Assembly: GCA_041687695.1 (NCBI GenBank)
Contig: JAWLBL010000022.1
Span: forward strand, 64,001 to 128,000
DNA from: Myxococcota bacterium
GTDB lineage: Bacteria; Myxococcota_A; UBA9042; PHBI01; JAWLBL01
Length of the DNA stretch: 64,000 nucleotides
Direction: 5' to 3'
Shown here: one piece after another, positions 35,720 to 47,693 of the stretch
Position numbering within the stretch: position 1 is the first letter of the stretch
Layout: each line of letters opens with the position of its first letter
Program-made: the position numbers and the translations under genes
The notes under the pieces: generated by a model
Told to the model about the DNA's origin: nothing
What the model saw: only the letters and a program-made list of their open reading frames with translations
The model's database searches: none

Positions 35720-36649
35720 TCAGTCCACCCGGCAGCAGCGGAACCCGCGGACCTCGTTCGCGTCGCCGGCGCCGCCGTTCCAGCGGTGCGCCGCCCTCAA
35801 GAACTCCGCGCCGCTGCGCCACCCGCCCCCGCGGATGACCCGCAGGTCCTTGCCGACGCCGTCCTCGGTCCATGCCGACCCGTCGGTCGGCGCCCCGGCG
35901 TACCCGTCGTGCCAGCGGTCCTCGACCCACTCCCAGACGCCGCCCGCCATGTCCAGCGCCCCGAACGGGCTGGCCCCGGCCGCGCGCGTCCCGACGTCCT
36001 CGACGCCGCCCGCCCCGCAGCCCGGCTCGCCCGCGTCCATCAGCGCCCGCTCGCACGAGGGCGCCTCGTCGCCCCAGGGATAGGTCCGCGCCCCGTCGCC
36101 GCGTGCCGCGCGCTCCCACTGCGCCTCGGTGCACAGCGCCTGCCCCCGCCAGGCGCAGTAGGCCGCCGCCCCGTGCCAGGTCACCTGCGTCATCGGGTGC
36201 CGCGCGGCGCCCGGGTTGGCCGCCCACTGCCCCGGCTCGGTCTCGTCGACCGGCAGCGCCCCGAAGGCGTTCAAGCACGGCCCGCCCGTGCAGCTGCCCT
36301 CGACCGCGGTCAAGAAGGCCGCGTAGGCCGCCACCGTCACCTCGGTCCGGTCGACGCGGAAGGCCGGCACCGTCACCTCGTGCGGCGGCGCCTCGACGTC
36401 TTCGCACGCCGCGTCCGCGCCTGGGTCACAGCCCATCGTGAAGGCCCCGGCCGGCACGCTCACCTCGTCGAGCGCCGGCCGCGTCGCGCTCGCGGGCACG
36501 CAGTGGCCCTCGCCGCCCGGCGTGTCGCAGACCTGGCCGGCCGGGCACTCGGCGTCACGCACGCACGCCGCCCCCTGCACGGCCGCGTCGTCGCAGCCCG
36601 CGGCCACCAGCCCCACCAGCCCCCACGCCACCACGTCCCACGCCCGCAT
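35720..36649 (-). CDS. Formylglycine-generating enzyme (FGE/SUMF1)-domain lipoprotein
   Basis: Lipobox VAAGC; FTMGC, TEVTVAAY, VTWHGAAAYC, TEAQWERAARG, DMAGGVWEWV, RGGGW, GFRC. Confidence 0.9.
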   Translation of the reverse strand: MRAWDVVAWGLVGLVAAGCDDAAVQGAACVRDAECPAGQVCDTPGGEGHCVPASATRPALDEVSVPAGAFTMGCDPGADAACEDVEAPPHEVTVPAFRVDRTEVTVAAYAAFLTAVEGSCTGGPCLNAFGALPVDETEPGQWAANPGAARHPMTQVTWHGAAAYCAWRGQALCTEAQWERAARGDGARTYPWGDEAPSCERALMDAGEPGCGAGGVEDVGTRAAGASPFGALDMAGGVWEWVEDRWHDGYAGAPTDGSAWTEDGVGKDLRVIRGGGWRSGAEFLRAAHRWNGGAGDANEVRGFRCCRVD

Positions 36650-36799
36650 CGCACCCTCCAGCAGCCAAGGCCGCCGTTTGGTTACCACGCCGCTCCGATC
36701 GGGGTCGAGCGTCACCTGACGCCGCCCGGCCGCGACTCCGTTTGCTCGCCGTCGCCCCCGCTGGTATGAGGCTCGCATCCCCCCTCACGGAGTCCGACC

Positions 36800-37606
36800 A
36801 TGAAGCGCACGCTCGCCCTCCTCGTCGCCGCCACGCTCGGCGCCTCCCCGGCCGCCCTGGCCCAGACCGCCCCCGAGGTCCCCGCCGACGATCCCGCGGT
36901 CGACGCGCCCGTCAGCGCCGGCCACCTGGCCCGGCGGCGCGACGCCTCGGCCGATCGCGGCTTCATCTCCTCGCGCGCCGAGACGGTCTTCGAGGGCGAG
37001 GCCACGGTGAACAGCTACGAGCTGTTCTTCCTGGGCGTCACCTACGGCATCACGGACGACATCCAGGTCTCCGGCACGACGTTCCTGCCCATCACCACCG
37101 ACATCCCGCTGCTCGGCCTCTTCCAGGGCAAGTTCGTGTTGCACCGCGGCGAGCGGGTCACCGTCAGCGCCCGAGCCAACCTCAACGTCATCGCCCCGCA
37201 GGAGGTCGACGACTTCGTGGGGACCTTCGGCGGCGGCCTGATGGTCGACTACTACCTGGACGACAGCGGCCGCTTCGCGCTGCACGGTGGGTTCGGCGCC
37301 AACGCGGTCTTCGGCAGCCTGGGCGACTCGGCCATCGAGCTCGCCAACGGCGCCGCCATCTCGCTCGAGCTCGGCGCGTCCGCGGCCCTGGGCAACTCCG
37401 TCAAGCTCATCTTCGACGCCCTCATCCCGGCCGCCTCGACCGACCAGGGGTTCGAGGTCGCCACCTTCGGCCTGGTCACCTACGGCGTCCGCTTCTTCGG
37501 CGAGTCCCTGGCCGCCGATCTGGGCTTCCTGCGCCCGGTCGGCGACATCGACCTGGACGGCTTCGTGCTGGGCATCCCCTACGTCGCGTTCTCGGCCCGC
37601 TTCTGA
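36800..37606 (+). CDS. Exported protein, probable outer-membrane beta-barrel
   Basis: Signal peptide ending ALA; amphipathic beta pattern; C-terminal YVAFSARF. Confidence 0.7.
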   Translation: MKRTLALLVAATLGASPAALAQTAPEVPADDPAVDAPVSAGHLARRRDASADRGFISSRAETVFEGEATVNSYELFFLGVTYGITDDIQVSGTTFLPITTDIPLLGLFQGKFVLHRGERVTVSARANLNVIAPQEVDDFVGTFGGGLMVDYYLDDSGRFALHGGFGANAVFGSLGDSAIELANGAAISLELGASAALGNSVKLIFDALIPAASTDQGFEVATFGLVTYGVRFFGESLAADLGFLRPVGDIDLDGFVLGIPYVAFSARF

Positions 37607-38036
37607 GCGTGAGGGCCGGCGACGGTTGACCTCCCCCCCTCGGGCGCCAAGGGTTCCCTCACGAGCCCAGGCGACACGGGGAGGGGGAGATGGGCCACGT
37701 CGATCGGAGCGGCAGCTGGCGCGCCACGCACGTCTCGGCGCGGCCGCCGGCGCAAGCCGTGAGCGCTCGGAACGTCGCTGTCGTCCGGGGCCTCGACATC
37801 GTGGACCGCGCCCGGTCCGGCCTCAGAGCCGCTCATTCCGTCGCGTCGCCCGCAGGCCACGTGGAGCGGGCGGGCGCCGACAGGGCCGCGGGACGCTTCG
37901 CGGAACCGGCCGAGCGCGCGCCCAGCTCCGTGTTGGGTGCGTCGGCGGTCGTCCGCTCGCACGCAGGTGAGGCCCGGGCCGGCCAAGGCGCCTCGCGCTG
38001 AGCGGCGGTCCGCGCGACACGGCAGGGGGGGAGACC

Positions 38037-38807
38037 ATGCACTATTCGACCACCGACCTCGCGCGGGACTCGCGCGGGTGGGAGCAGCCATCGAAGCCGG
38101 TGAGCCTGTCGCGCCTGGACACGGCGCTGCGGGCCGCGGCGATCGTGGGCGGCGGCGCCCTCGCCATCTCGGCGCTGGGGCGCTTGATGGGCGGCGGCTC
38201 GCCCCGGGACGGCGTGTGGGCGGCGCTGGGCGGCGCGCTGGCCGTGGGGGGCGCCTCCGACTTCTCGCTCCGCGGGGGCGAGCCGCGCACCCGGCGGCTG
38301 GAGGCGTCCGTGACCGTCGGGCTGCCGCGCGACGAGGTGTACCGCCGCTTCCGGGGCGAGGGCGGGCTGCCGCGCTTCGGCCTGTTCACGCACGCGCAGG
38401 ATCGGGGGCCGCAGCGGGTGCCCGGCCTGCCGGTGAACGTGTCGTGGGAGGGCGACGTCGTCGAGGAGGAGGAGGGGCGGCGCCTGGTGTGGGCCAGCCG
38501 CGACGAGGCCGACGTGGTGCACGTCGGGGCGGTGGTGTTCCGCGACGCGCCCGAGCGGCGGGGGACCGAGGTGCACGTCATCCTGGACTTCCGGCCGCCC
38601 GGCGGGGCGCTGGGGGCGGCGGCCAGCAAGGCGCTGCGGCCGGTGCTGGACGAGCTGATGCGGCGGGACCTGCGCCGGTTCAAGGCGCTGTCCGAGGCCG
38701 GCGAGGCGCCGACCACCGAAGGGCAGCCGTCGGCGCGGCGGGCCGAGGACGAGGGCGCCTGGCGGGCCGAGCTGGACGCCAGGGACGACGACTGGAGGAC
38801 GGCATGA
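38037..38807 (+). CDS. SRPBCC/polyketide cyclase-family protein
   Basis: [57 protein letters not shown]. Confidence 0.85.
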   Translation: MHYSTTDLARDSRGWEQPSKPVSLSRLDTALRAAAIVGGGALAISALGRLMGGGSPRDGVWAALGGALAVGGASDFSLRGGEPRTRRLEASVTVGLPRDEVYRRFRGEGGLPRFGLFTHAQDRGPQRVPGLPVNVSWEGDVVEEEEGRRLVWASRDEADVVHVGAVVFRDAPERRGTEVHVILDFRPPGGALGAAASKALRPVLDELMRRDLRRFKALSEAGEAPTTEGQPSARRAEDEGAWRAELDARDDDWRTA

Positions 38808-39973
38808 AGGCGATCTGCTGGCACGGCAAGGGCGACGTGCGCCTCGACCGGGTGCCCGATCCGACCATCCTCAACCCGCACGACGCCATCGTCAGCGTGA
38901 CGGCGACGGCCATCTGCGGCTCGGATCTGCACCTGTACGACGGCTACATCCCGACCATGAAGGAGGGCGACATCCTGGGTCACGAGTTCATGGGCGAGGT
39001 GGTCGAGGTCGGCGCCGAGGTCCGCAACCTGAAGCGGGGCGACAAGGTCGTGGTGCCCTTCACCATCGCGTGCGGGCACTGCTTTTACTGCAAGGACGAC
39101 CTGTGGTCGCTGTGCGACAACTCGAACCCGAACGCGTGGATGGCCGAGAAGCTGTGGGGCTACTCGCCGTCGGGGCTGTTCGGCTACTCGCACATGCTGG
39201 GCGGCTACGCGGGCGGGCAGGCCGAGTACGTGCGCGTGCCGTTCGCGGACGTGGGCCCGCTGAAGGTGCCCGAGGGGCTCCCCGACGAGCAGGTCCTGTT
39301 CCTGTCGGACATCCTGCCGACCGGCTACCAGGCGGCGGCGCAGGCCGACATCCGTGACGGCGACACCGTGGCCGTGTGGGGCTGCGGACCGGTGGGGTAC
39401 TTCGCCATCCAGAGCGCGCTGCTGCTCGGCGCCGAGCGGGTCATCGCCATCGACCGCTTCCCCGAGCGCCTGTCGCTCGTGCGGGGGATGGAGGGCGTCG
39501 AGGTCATCGACTACGAGAAGACCCACGTCCTCGAGACGCTGCGCGAGCTGACCGGCGGGCGCGGGCCGGACCGCTGCATCGACGCGGTGGGGCTCGAGGC
39601 CCACGGGACCGGGCTGATGGAGGTCTACGACCGGGTCAAGCAGGCGGTGCGCCTCGAGACCGACCGCGCCTACGTCCTGCGCCAGGCCCTCATGGCGTGC
39701 CGCAAGGGCGGGACCGTGTCGATCCCGGGCGTGTACGGCGGCCTCATCGACAAGGTCCCCATCGGCGCAGCCTTCGGCAAGGGCCTGACGCTGCGCATGG
39801 GCCAGACCCACATGCACCGGTGGATGCGGCCGCTGCTCGAGCGCATCCAGGCGGGCGAGATCGACACGACCTCCGTCATCTCGCACCGGCTGCCGCTCGA
39901 AGAGGGGCCGGGCGCCTACCGGATGTTCCGCGACAAGGAGGACCAGTGCACCAAGGTCGTGCTGCGGCCGTGA
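38804..39973 (+). CDS. Zinc-dependent alcohol/formaldehyde dehydrogenase (YbdR/FDH-like)
   Basis: [48 protein letters not shown] overlap with the SRPBCC gene. Confidence 0.93.
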   Translation: MKAICWHGKGDVRLDRVPDPTILNPHDAIVSVTATAICGSDLHLYDGYIPTMKEGDILGHEFMGEVVEVGAEVRNLKRGDKVVVPFTIACGHCFYCKDDLWSLCDNSNPNAWMAEKLWGYSPSGLFGYSHMLGGYAGGQAEYVRVPFADVGPLKVPEGLPDEQVLFLSDILPTGYQAAAQADIRDGDTVAVWGCGPVGYFAIQSALLLGAERVIAIDRFPERLSLVRGMEGVEVIDYEKTHVLETLRELTGGRGPDRCIDAVGLEAHGTGLMEVYDRVKQAVRLETDRAYVLRQALMACRKGGTVSIPGVYGGLIDKVPIGAAFGKGLTLRMGQTHMHRWMRPLLERIQAGEIDTTSVISHRLPLEEGPGAYRMFRDKEDQCTKVVLRP

Positions 39974-40071
39974 GCGTGGCCGTGGCGTGACGAGCCGGAC
40001 CCCGACAGGGGTGGGGTGGTGGCCACGGGTCGCGGCGGGCCTCTTCGCAGGCTCGCCCGACCCGTGGTCTC

Positions 40072-41259
40072 TCAGTCGGCCGCGGCCGGCGAGGCCGGCA
40101 GGTCCTCGGCGAAGCAGAACGAGCGCTGCTCGAGGCCCTCCGGCTCGCTCCACACCATCAGGTACTTGCCGCGCGCCCGGGTGACGTCCCAGGCGGCGGG
40201 GGGCGGCGCGCCTTCGACCTGAAAGCCCAGCCGGGCGCGGCCGAGGGCCACGTTCTTCAGGTCGATGATCTGCGCGGCGACCCGCCAGCCGCCGGCGTCG
40301 GTCGGCTGGACCGTCACGGCCGCCGCCAGCTCGCCGCTGGGCACCACGCGGACGTCGGCGCCCCAGCCGACGGCGCTGTCGGCCGCCAGCTCGTGACCGA
40401 GGGTGCTGCGCGCCAGGACGCGAGCGCGCGGCGGGCAGCCGTCCGGGCCGGGCGAGCGCACGGCGAAGATGGGGAAGCCGTAGGACAGCGCGGACCCCAG
40501 CCAATCGGTCCCGACACCCAGCTCGAGCCCGAGCGAAGCGGGCAGGCTGCACTGGCCGGCGGTGGTGCTGCCGGTCTGGAAGCTCACCGGCTGCGCCTGG
40601 TCGGGGCCGGTGAACGGCAGGAACAGGAAGTCGCCCTCGTCGAGCAGCCGCATGTCGGCGACCTTGGCCTGGTTCACCACGAAGTGGCGGTAGGTCTCGG
40701 CGCCCTGGGCGTCCAGATCGACCATCTGGTAGGTCTCGCCCGTGTGGACCAGGACCTTGAGGCCGGTCGGGATGGCCACGGCCCCCACCACGTCGGCGTC
40801 GGCGATGGCCGTGACCGGGTCCTGGCCCGCGCGGCCGAAGCGCACGGCCCCGTCCTCGCTGTAGACGACGCCGAAGCCGCCCTCGGGCAGCGGGGCGACG
40901 AAGGCGCGCTCGGCTTTGGCCGACCAGGCGTGGGTGGTGGTCGTGCCGGCCTCGAGCGTGGCCAGGGTGACCTGGTCCTCGGTCAGGGCGACCGCCCCGA
41001 CCCGGGTGCCGGCGGCGGCCATCACCAGGCGATCGGCCGTGACGCCTTCGGCGAAGGTGCCGATGGGGGCCGGCGGGTCCTCGCACGGGTCGGTCGCCTG
41101 GGTGAGCGGCGGGCCCTGCGGGCTTGGACACTCGGGCGTCTTGGTGTCGTCGGCCTCGGCGTCGGTCTCGCTGCCCAGGTCGGCGACGCTCGCCGGCGAC
41201 GAGCCATCGCCACAGGCGCCCAGCAGCGCGGCGAGCAGGGAAGCGGTCCAAATCCTCAT
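40072..41259 (-). CDS. Hypothetical lipoprotein (beta-rich)
   Basis: MRIWTASLLAALLGAC lipobox; GGAGG RBS. Confidence 0.7.
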   Translation of the reverse strand: MRIWTASLLAALLGACGDGSSPASVADLGSETDAEADDTKTPECPSPQGPPLTQATDPCEDPPAPIGTFAEGVTADRLVMAAAGTRVGAVALTEDQVTLATLEAGTTTTHAWSAKAERAFVAPLPEGGFGVVYSEDGAVRFGRAGQDPVTAIADADVVGAVAIPTGLKVLVHTGETYQMVDLDAQGAETYRHFVVNQAKVADMRLLDEGDFLFLPFTGPDQAQPVSFQTGSTTAGQCSLPASLGLELGVGTDWLGSALSYGFPIFAVRSPGPDGCPPRARVLARSTLGHELAADSAVGWGADVRVVPSGELAAAVTVQPTDAGGWRVAAQIIDLKNVALGRARLGFQVEGAPPPAAWDVTRARGKYLMVWSEPEGLEQRSFCFAEDLPASPAAAD

Positions 41260-41368
41260 GGGGCGTGTCCCTCCACGGCTGGCACTGTAGCACCGACCCG
41301 TCGAACACGCGCCGTGGGACGCGCGCCGTGCTTCCGGCGCGGCCGGCGAGTCGCTACAGTGCCGCCCC

Positions 41369-42522
<1,154 letters not shown>

Positions 42523-42526
<4 letters not shown>

Positions 42527-44094
42527 AGCCGGCTCCGCGCCAGCACCCGCCGGTCGTGGCGCGCGACGCGCTGGACGAAGCCGACTTCGAGCAGGTCATG
42601 GGCTCGTCGCGGGCGCTGGCGGGCCTCGAGGCGCGCGGGGCGCGGCTGTTGCCCGACTTTCGGGCGCTGCTGGCCGACCTGTACGCCGCGTGCGCCAAGC
42701 TGACGGTGACGTTGACCCCGGCGGCCGGGCTGCCGCCGACGGCGCAGCTGCGGGCGACCCTGGTCGGGGCGGTGGTCGAGAGCGCGGCCTGGCGGGCGCT
42801 GCACGCGGTCAGTCGGCTGAACCCGGCGCGGGCCGGGCTGGCGACGCTGCGGCTGGGCGAGGCGGTGCTGGCCGAGCTGCAGGCTGGGCGGCTGATGCTG
42901 AGGGACGAGCTGGAGGCCTCGTGGCGGGCCGAGCTGGCCGAGGACGAGCTGGCCGAGGCGCAGGCGCGGCGCGAGGCGGCCGAGGCGCTGGCCGAGGCGC
43001 GTGGGGACGACCCCGAGGCGGTCGAGGTCGCGCGCGAGCTGGCCGAGGAGGCGGGCGAGGAGGCCGAGGCGCTGGCGGGGGAGCTGGCGCGGCTGCGGGC
43101 CGAGCTGGTCCGGGCGGCGCGCGGGGTGCCGAACGAGAGCCTGCAGCGCCTGCAGGGGGTGGCGGACCGGCTGCCCGAGCGGCTCGAGGCGGTGGCGGCC
43201 GACGAGGCCCAGCTGGGGCTGGACGAGCCGGGGCCGGCCTCGGGCGGGGCGGGTGACGCGGTGGACGCGCTGGAGTTGGGCGAGCGGCTGGCCGACAGCG
43301 AGGTGCTGCGGCGCCTGTCGCGCATGGTCGGGGCGCTGCGCGGCGTGGCGCTGGCCGAGCGGCGCAAGCGCGTCCCCCGGGCGCGCGGCGAGGTGTACGG
43401 CATCGAGGCGGGCCGGGATCTGTCGCACCTGCTGCCGGTCGAGCTGGTGGGCCTGCGCCACCCGGTGCTGGGACGCGACTTCCGGCGGCGCTTCGTCGAG
43501 GGGCGCCTCTTGTCCTACGCGGTGCGCGGCGACGACGACGAGGGGCGGGGGCCGTGCGTCATCGCGCTCGATCTCAGCGGCTCGATGGCGGGCGCCAAGG
43601 GCATCTGGGCCAAGGCGGTCGCCCTGGTGCTGGCCGACCTCGCGCGCCGCGACGGCCGCGCGGTGACCGTCCTGACCTTCTCGTCGGGCGCGAACAGCGT
43701 CGCCCGCCACGACCTGGTCCCCGACCGGCGCTACGCCTCGCGCCGGCCGCTGGACCGACGGGCGTCGCTCTCGTTCGCCGAGACCCGCGTCGGCGGCGGG
43801 ACGGACTTCGCGGCCCCCTTGGCGCTGGCGGCCGACATCATCCGCACCTCGCGCCGCCACCGCCGAGGCGACGTCGTCCTGGTCACCGACGGCGAGGCCA
43901 GCCTGCCCGCGGCGGACCTCGAGGCCTTCGACGCCTTCAAGCGACAGACCGACTCGAAGGCCCTGGGCCTGCTGGTCGACCTCGCCAGCCACGAGGCTCG
44001 CACCCTCGAGCGCCTGTGCGACCGCGTCGTCCCCGTCAGCGCTCTGACCGAAGACGGCGCCCGCAAGGTCTTCCGCGCCTTCGACGGGCGCTGA
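42523..44094 (+). CDS. vWA-domain partner protein, ViaA-like
   Basis: GTGA overlap; GRDLSHLLPVEL, GPCVIALDLSGSM, GGGTDF, VLVTDG. Confidence 0.85.
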
Positions 44095-44097
44095 CCA

Positions 44098-44346
44098 CGG
44101 CGGCGGCTCGGGCCGGCTGGAAGCCGGCGGTCACAGGGGACGTCGATGCGGACATCTGGATGGGGGCGGGCGCTGAGTCCGGCGGCGGCTCGGGCCGGCT
44201 GGCAGAGGGGGTCGTATTGAAGTCCCCCTCGGGTGCCGACGCCTCGAGACACAGCGGCCGAAGTTGGCGACGGCTCCGGCCGGCTGGAAGCCGGCGGTCC
44301 CAGGCGGGGCGATGCGGACATCTCGATGGGGCGGGGGCGCTGAGTC
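44098..44346. repeat. REP-like repeats: about 82-bp unit twice (44098-44179, 44266-44346) plus a 23-bp partial copy
   Basis: Both full units contain hairpin GCCGGCTGGAAGCCGGC-GGTC(A/C)CAG and GATGCGGACATC...GCGCTGAGTC; between convergent genes. Confidence 0.8.
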
Positions 44347-44558
44347 GGGAGCCGGACTCGCGCGGGTCGGCGCGCCAGGGGGCGCAGGTCGGCGGCGGCA
44401 GGTAGTGTGGAAAGGGAGCCCCCTGGAGTCGACCGCCGAGTGTAGGCGGCCGGCGACGGGAGACAAGGGCGCCCTGCAGGGTCGGCTCGAAGCGGACGCG
44501 CCGTCGAGTGGACTGGGAGTCCCGCTCGGCGGCGCGCCGCTTGGGACCGTTCGGTCGG

Positions 44559-47500
44559 TCAGGCCGCGCTCTCCTCGAGCGTCGGGGCCAGCTTGGCCTC
44601 GCGGGCGGCGCGCCTGGCGGCCTTCTTGGCCCGGCGACGGTCCACGAAGCCGGCCAGGATGACGTACATCGTCGGCACGACCACCAGGGTCAGCACCGTG
44701 GACAGGGTCATGCCGCCGATGACCGCCCGCGCCATCGGGGCCCAGGTCTCGGCGCCGTCGCCCATCTCGCTGGCCAGCGGCACCATGCCCAGGGTCGTCG
44801 TCAGGGTGGTCATCAGGATGGGCCGCAGGCGACTGCGCCCGGCCTCGATGGCGGCCGCGAAGAGGTCCTCGCCCGCCAGGCGCCGGTTCTTGATGACGTC
44901 GATGAGGACGATGCCGTTGTTGACCACGACGCCCGCCAGCAGGATGACGCCGATGAGCGCCGTGACCTGCAGGGTCGTGTCGGTCAGGTACAGGGCGAAG
45001 ATGACGCCGGCCATCGCCAGCGGGATGGCGAAGAGGATGACGAAGGGCTCCAGCAGCGACTCGAACTGGCTCGCCATCACCATGTAGACCAGCACGATGG
45101 CGATGAGGATGGCCAGGGCCAGCGCCAGGAAGGACTCCTGCAGATCCTCGGCGGTGCCGGCGATGGCGGTCGACACGCCCGGCGTCGGGCCCAGCTCGGC
45201 GACCGCCGCCTCGACGCGCTCGATGAGGGTGCCCAGCGGGACCCCCTGGGCCGTGATGGCGACCGTGCCCAGGCGGCGCTGGTTCTCGCGCGCGATGGTG
45301 GTCGGGCCCAGCGCCGGCTCGATGCGGACCACCGTCTCGAGGGGGACGGTGATGCCGGCGGGCGTCAGCAGCGGCAGCGCGCGCAGCTTGCCCAGGTCCT
45401 CGCGCAGCTCGCGCGGCGCCCGCACGAAGACGCGGTACTCCTCGCCGGCCTCGCGGAACATCGTGGCGCCCGCCCCCAGGAAGTAGGTCGAGATGGTCGC
45501 CGCCACCTCGCCCGGCTGCAGGCCCAGCAGGCGAATCTGCTCGCGGTCCAGGTCGACCTTCAGCTCCGGCTGGCCCTGCTCGAGCGAGAAGGTCACGTTC
45601 GCCGCGCCCTCGACGGTCTGCACCTTGGCCTTGAGCAGCGCGCCGTACTCGCGCAGCGTCTCCATCTCCTCGGCGAACACCTTGACCTGGATGTCACCGC
45701 CGCCGCCGCCCATGACGTCGCCCTCCTGGGCGACCGTGATCTCCAGGCCGGGCAGCGTCTGCAGCCGCGGGATGAGCTGCTCCTCGATCTCGAACTGGCT
45801 GCGCGCCCGCCGCGACTTGGGCGGCAGCTTGATCTGCACCGAGCCCGTGTACGAGTTCTGCCCGAACAGCGCCGCGAAGGCCTCGCCGCCGCCGAACTGC
45901 GACACGACGACCTCGGCCTCGGGGACCACCTCCTTCACGATGGCCTCGACCTCGCCGAACAGCGCGTTGGTGGCCCCCAGCGCCGTGCCGGGGGCCGCCT
46001 TGACGTTCACCGTCAGCCGCCCCTGGTCGTTCTTCGGCATGAAGTCGACGCCCAGCTTGGGCACCAGCGAGATGGCGAAGGCGAAGACGCCGAAGGCCGC
46101 GAGCAGCGTGGTCTTGCGGAAGCGCAGCGCGACGGCCAGCACCCCGGCGTAGATGTGCGACAGCGGGTCGATCCACGCGGTGAGCCAGGCCAGCAGGCGC
46201 TCGACGAAGTTCGGCTTGCGCCGGCCCAGCATCAGGCTGGCCATCAGCGGCACCAGCGTCAGCGCGACGGCCAGCGACGCCAGCAGCGAGAACACGATGG
46301 TCAGGCTCATGTCGCGGAAGAGCTGACCGGCCAGCCCCGGCACGAACAGGATGGGCGCGAACACGGCCACCGTGGTCAGGGTCGAGGCCGTGATGGGCAT
46401 CGCCATCTCGGTCGTGCCCTCGATGGCCGCCTCTTTGGGGGACAGGCCCGCCTCGAGCCGCGAGAAGATGTTCTCGAGCACCACGATGGAGTTGTCGACC
46501 AGCATGCCGACCGCCAGGGCGAGGCCCGCCATCGAGATGACGTTCATCGTGACGCCCTGGAAGTCCATCACCGCGAAGGTGGCCAGCATCGAGATGGGGA
46601 TGCTGACCAGCACGATGGTGCTGGTGCGCCAGCTGCGCAGAAAGGCCAGCAGCACCGCGGCGGTCAGAAACAGCGCCAGCACGGCCGAGCTGCTGAGGTT
46701 CGAGATGGCCCGCATGATGGGCTCGGCCTGGTCGAAGACCGGGGTCACGGTCGCGCCCTCGGGCAGGCGCTTCTCCAGGACCTTCAGCTCCTTCATCAGG
46801 CGCCCGACCACCTGCACCGTGTTGGCGTCCGACTGCTTGCGGACGGCCATCATCACGGCCGGCACGTCGTTGGCCCGCACGACCTGCAGCTGCTCCTGGA
46901 AGCCGTCGACCACCTGGGCGATGTCCTTGACCTGCACCGGGTGCCCCCCGCGCTGGCCGACCACCACCTCCTCGATGTCCTTCACCGACGTGAACAGGGC
47001 GTCGGTCGCGATGTTCAGCTCTTGCCGGCCCTGCGTGATGTTGCCGCCCGGCAGCATCAGGTTGGCGCCCCGCAGCGCCGCCACCACCTGCTGCGCGCCG
47101 ACGCCGTAGGCCTGCATCCACTCGGGGTCGAGGCGCACCTGGATCTCGCGCTCGAGCCCGCCGATGACCTCGGCCGCCGCGACGCCCGGGATGCGGGCGA
47201 TGTACGGCTCGACCTCGTCCTTGGCCAGCCGCCGCACCGCCTCGGGGGTCCCCGCCGCGTTGATGGTCAGGAAGGCGACCGGCTGCAGCGACGGGTCGAA
47301 GGCGAAGGTCAGCGGCCGCGTCGCGTCGTCCGGCAGCTTGTCGAGCGCGTAGATCTCGAGGTTCTTGCGGACGTCGCTCTCGGCCTGCTGCATGTCGGTG
47401 CCCCAGGCGAACTTGACCATCACCAGGGACGCGCCCTGGTTGCTGGTCGAGTTGACGTCGTCGACGCCCTGCACCGACGCCATCGCCTCCTCGATGGGGC

Positions 47501-47693
47501 GCGTCACCAGCTCCTCGATCGACTCGGGCGAGGCGCCCGGGTAGTTGGTGATGACCGCGACGATCGGGAACTCGATGTCCGGCATCATGTCGAGCTTGAG
47601 CCGGCTGAAGGTGAACAGGCCCAGCATCGCGACCGCGATGAAGAGCATGATCCCGGTGATCGGTCGGCGGACCGAGAGGCTGGTGGCGCTCAC
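44559..47693 (-). CDS. RND efflux transporter, AcrB/AcrD/AcrF family
   Basis: YPGASPE, GMLVDNSIVVLENI, ASTLTTVAVFAP, GVVVNNGIVL, RLRPILMTT; 1044 aa. Confidence 0.96.
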   Translation of the reverse strand: MSATSLSVRRPITGIMLFIAVAMLGLFTFSRLKLDMMPDIEFPIVAVITNYPGASPESIEELVTRPIEEAMASVQGVDDVNSTSNQGASLVMVKFAWGTDMQQAESDVRKNLEIYALDKLPDDATRPLTFAFDPSLQPVAFLTINAAGTPEAVRRLAKDEVEPYIARIPGVAAAEVIGGLEREIQVRLDPEWMQAYGVGAQQVVAALRGANLMLPGGNITQGRQELNIATDALFTSVKDIEEVVVGQRGGHPVQVKDIAQVVDGFQEQLQVVRANDVPAVMMAVRKQSDANTVQVVGRLMKELKVLEKRLPEGATVTPVFDQAEPIMRAISNLSSSAVLALFLTAAVLLAFLRSWRTSTIVLVSIPISMLATFAVMDFQGVTMNVISMAGLALAVGMLVDNSIVVLENIFSRLEAGLSPKEAAIEGTTEMAMPITASTLTTVAVFAPILFVPGLAGQLFRDMSLTIVFSLLASLAVALTLVPLMASLMLGRRKPNFVERLLAWLTAWIDPLSHIYAGVLAVALRFRKTTLLAAFGVFAFAISLVPKLGVDFMPKNDQGRLTVNVKAAPGTALGATNALFGEVEAIVKEVVPEAEVVVSQFGGGEAFAALFGQNSYTGSVQIKLPPKSRRARSQFEIEEQLIPRLQTLPGLEITVAQEGDVMGGGGGDIQVKVFAEEMETLREYGALLKAKVQTVEGAANVTFSLEQGQPELKVDLDREQIRLLGLQPGEVAATISTYFLGAGATMFREAGEEYRVFVRAPRELREDLGKLRALPLLTPAGITVPLETVVRIEPALGPTTIARENQRRLGTVAITAQGVPLGTLIERVEAAVAELGPTPGVSTAIAGTAEDLQESFLALALAILIAIVLVYMVMASQFESLLEPFVILFAIPLAMAGVIFALYLTDTTLQVTALIGVILLAGVVVNNGIVLIDVIKNRRLAGEDLFAAAIEAGRSRLRPILMTTLTTTLGMVPLASEMGDGAETWAPMARAVIGGMTLSTVLTLVVVPTMYVILAGFVDRRRAKKAARRAAREAKLAPTLEESAA

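Noticed and set aside
37690..38001. 103-aa ORF with a purine-rich upstream sequence
   Set aside because: Low-complexity product with no recognisable motif and weak codon bias; cannot be supported.
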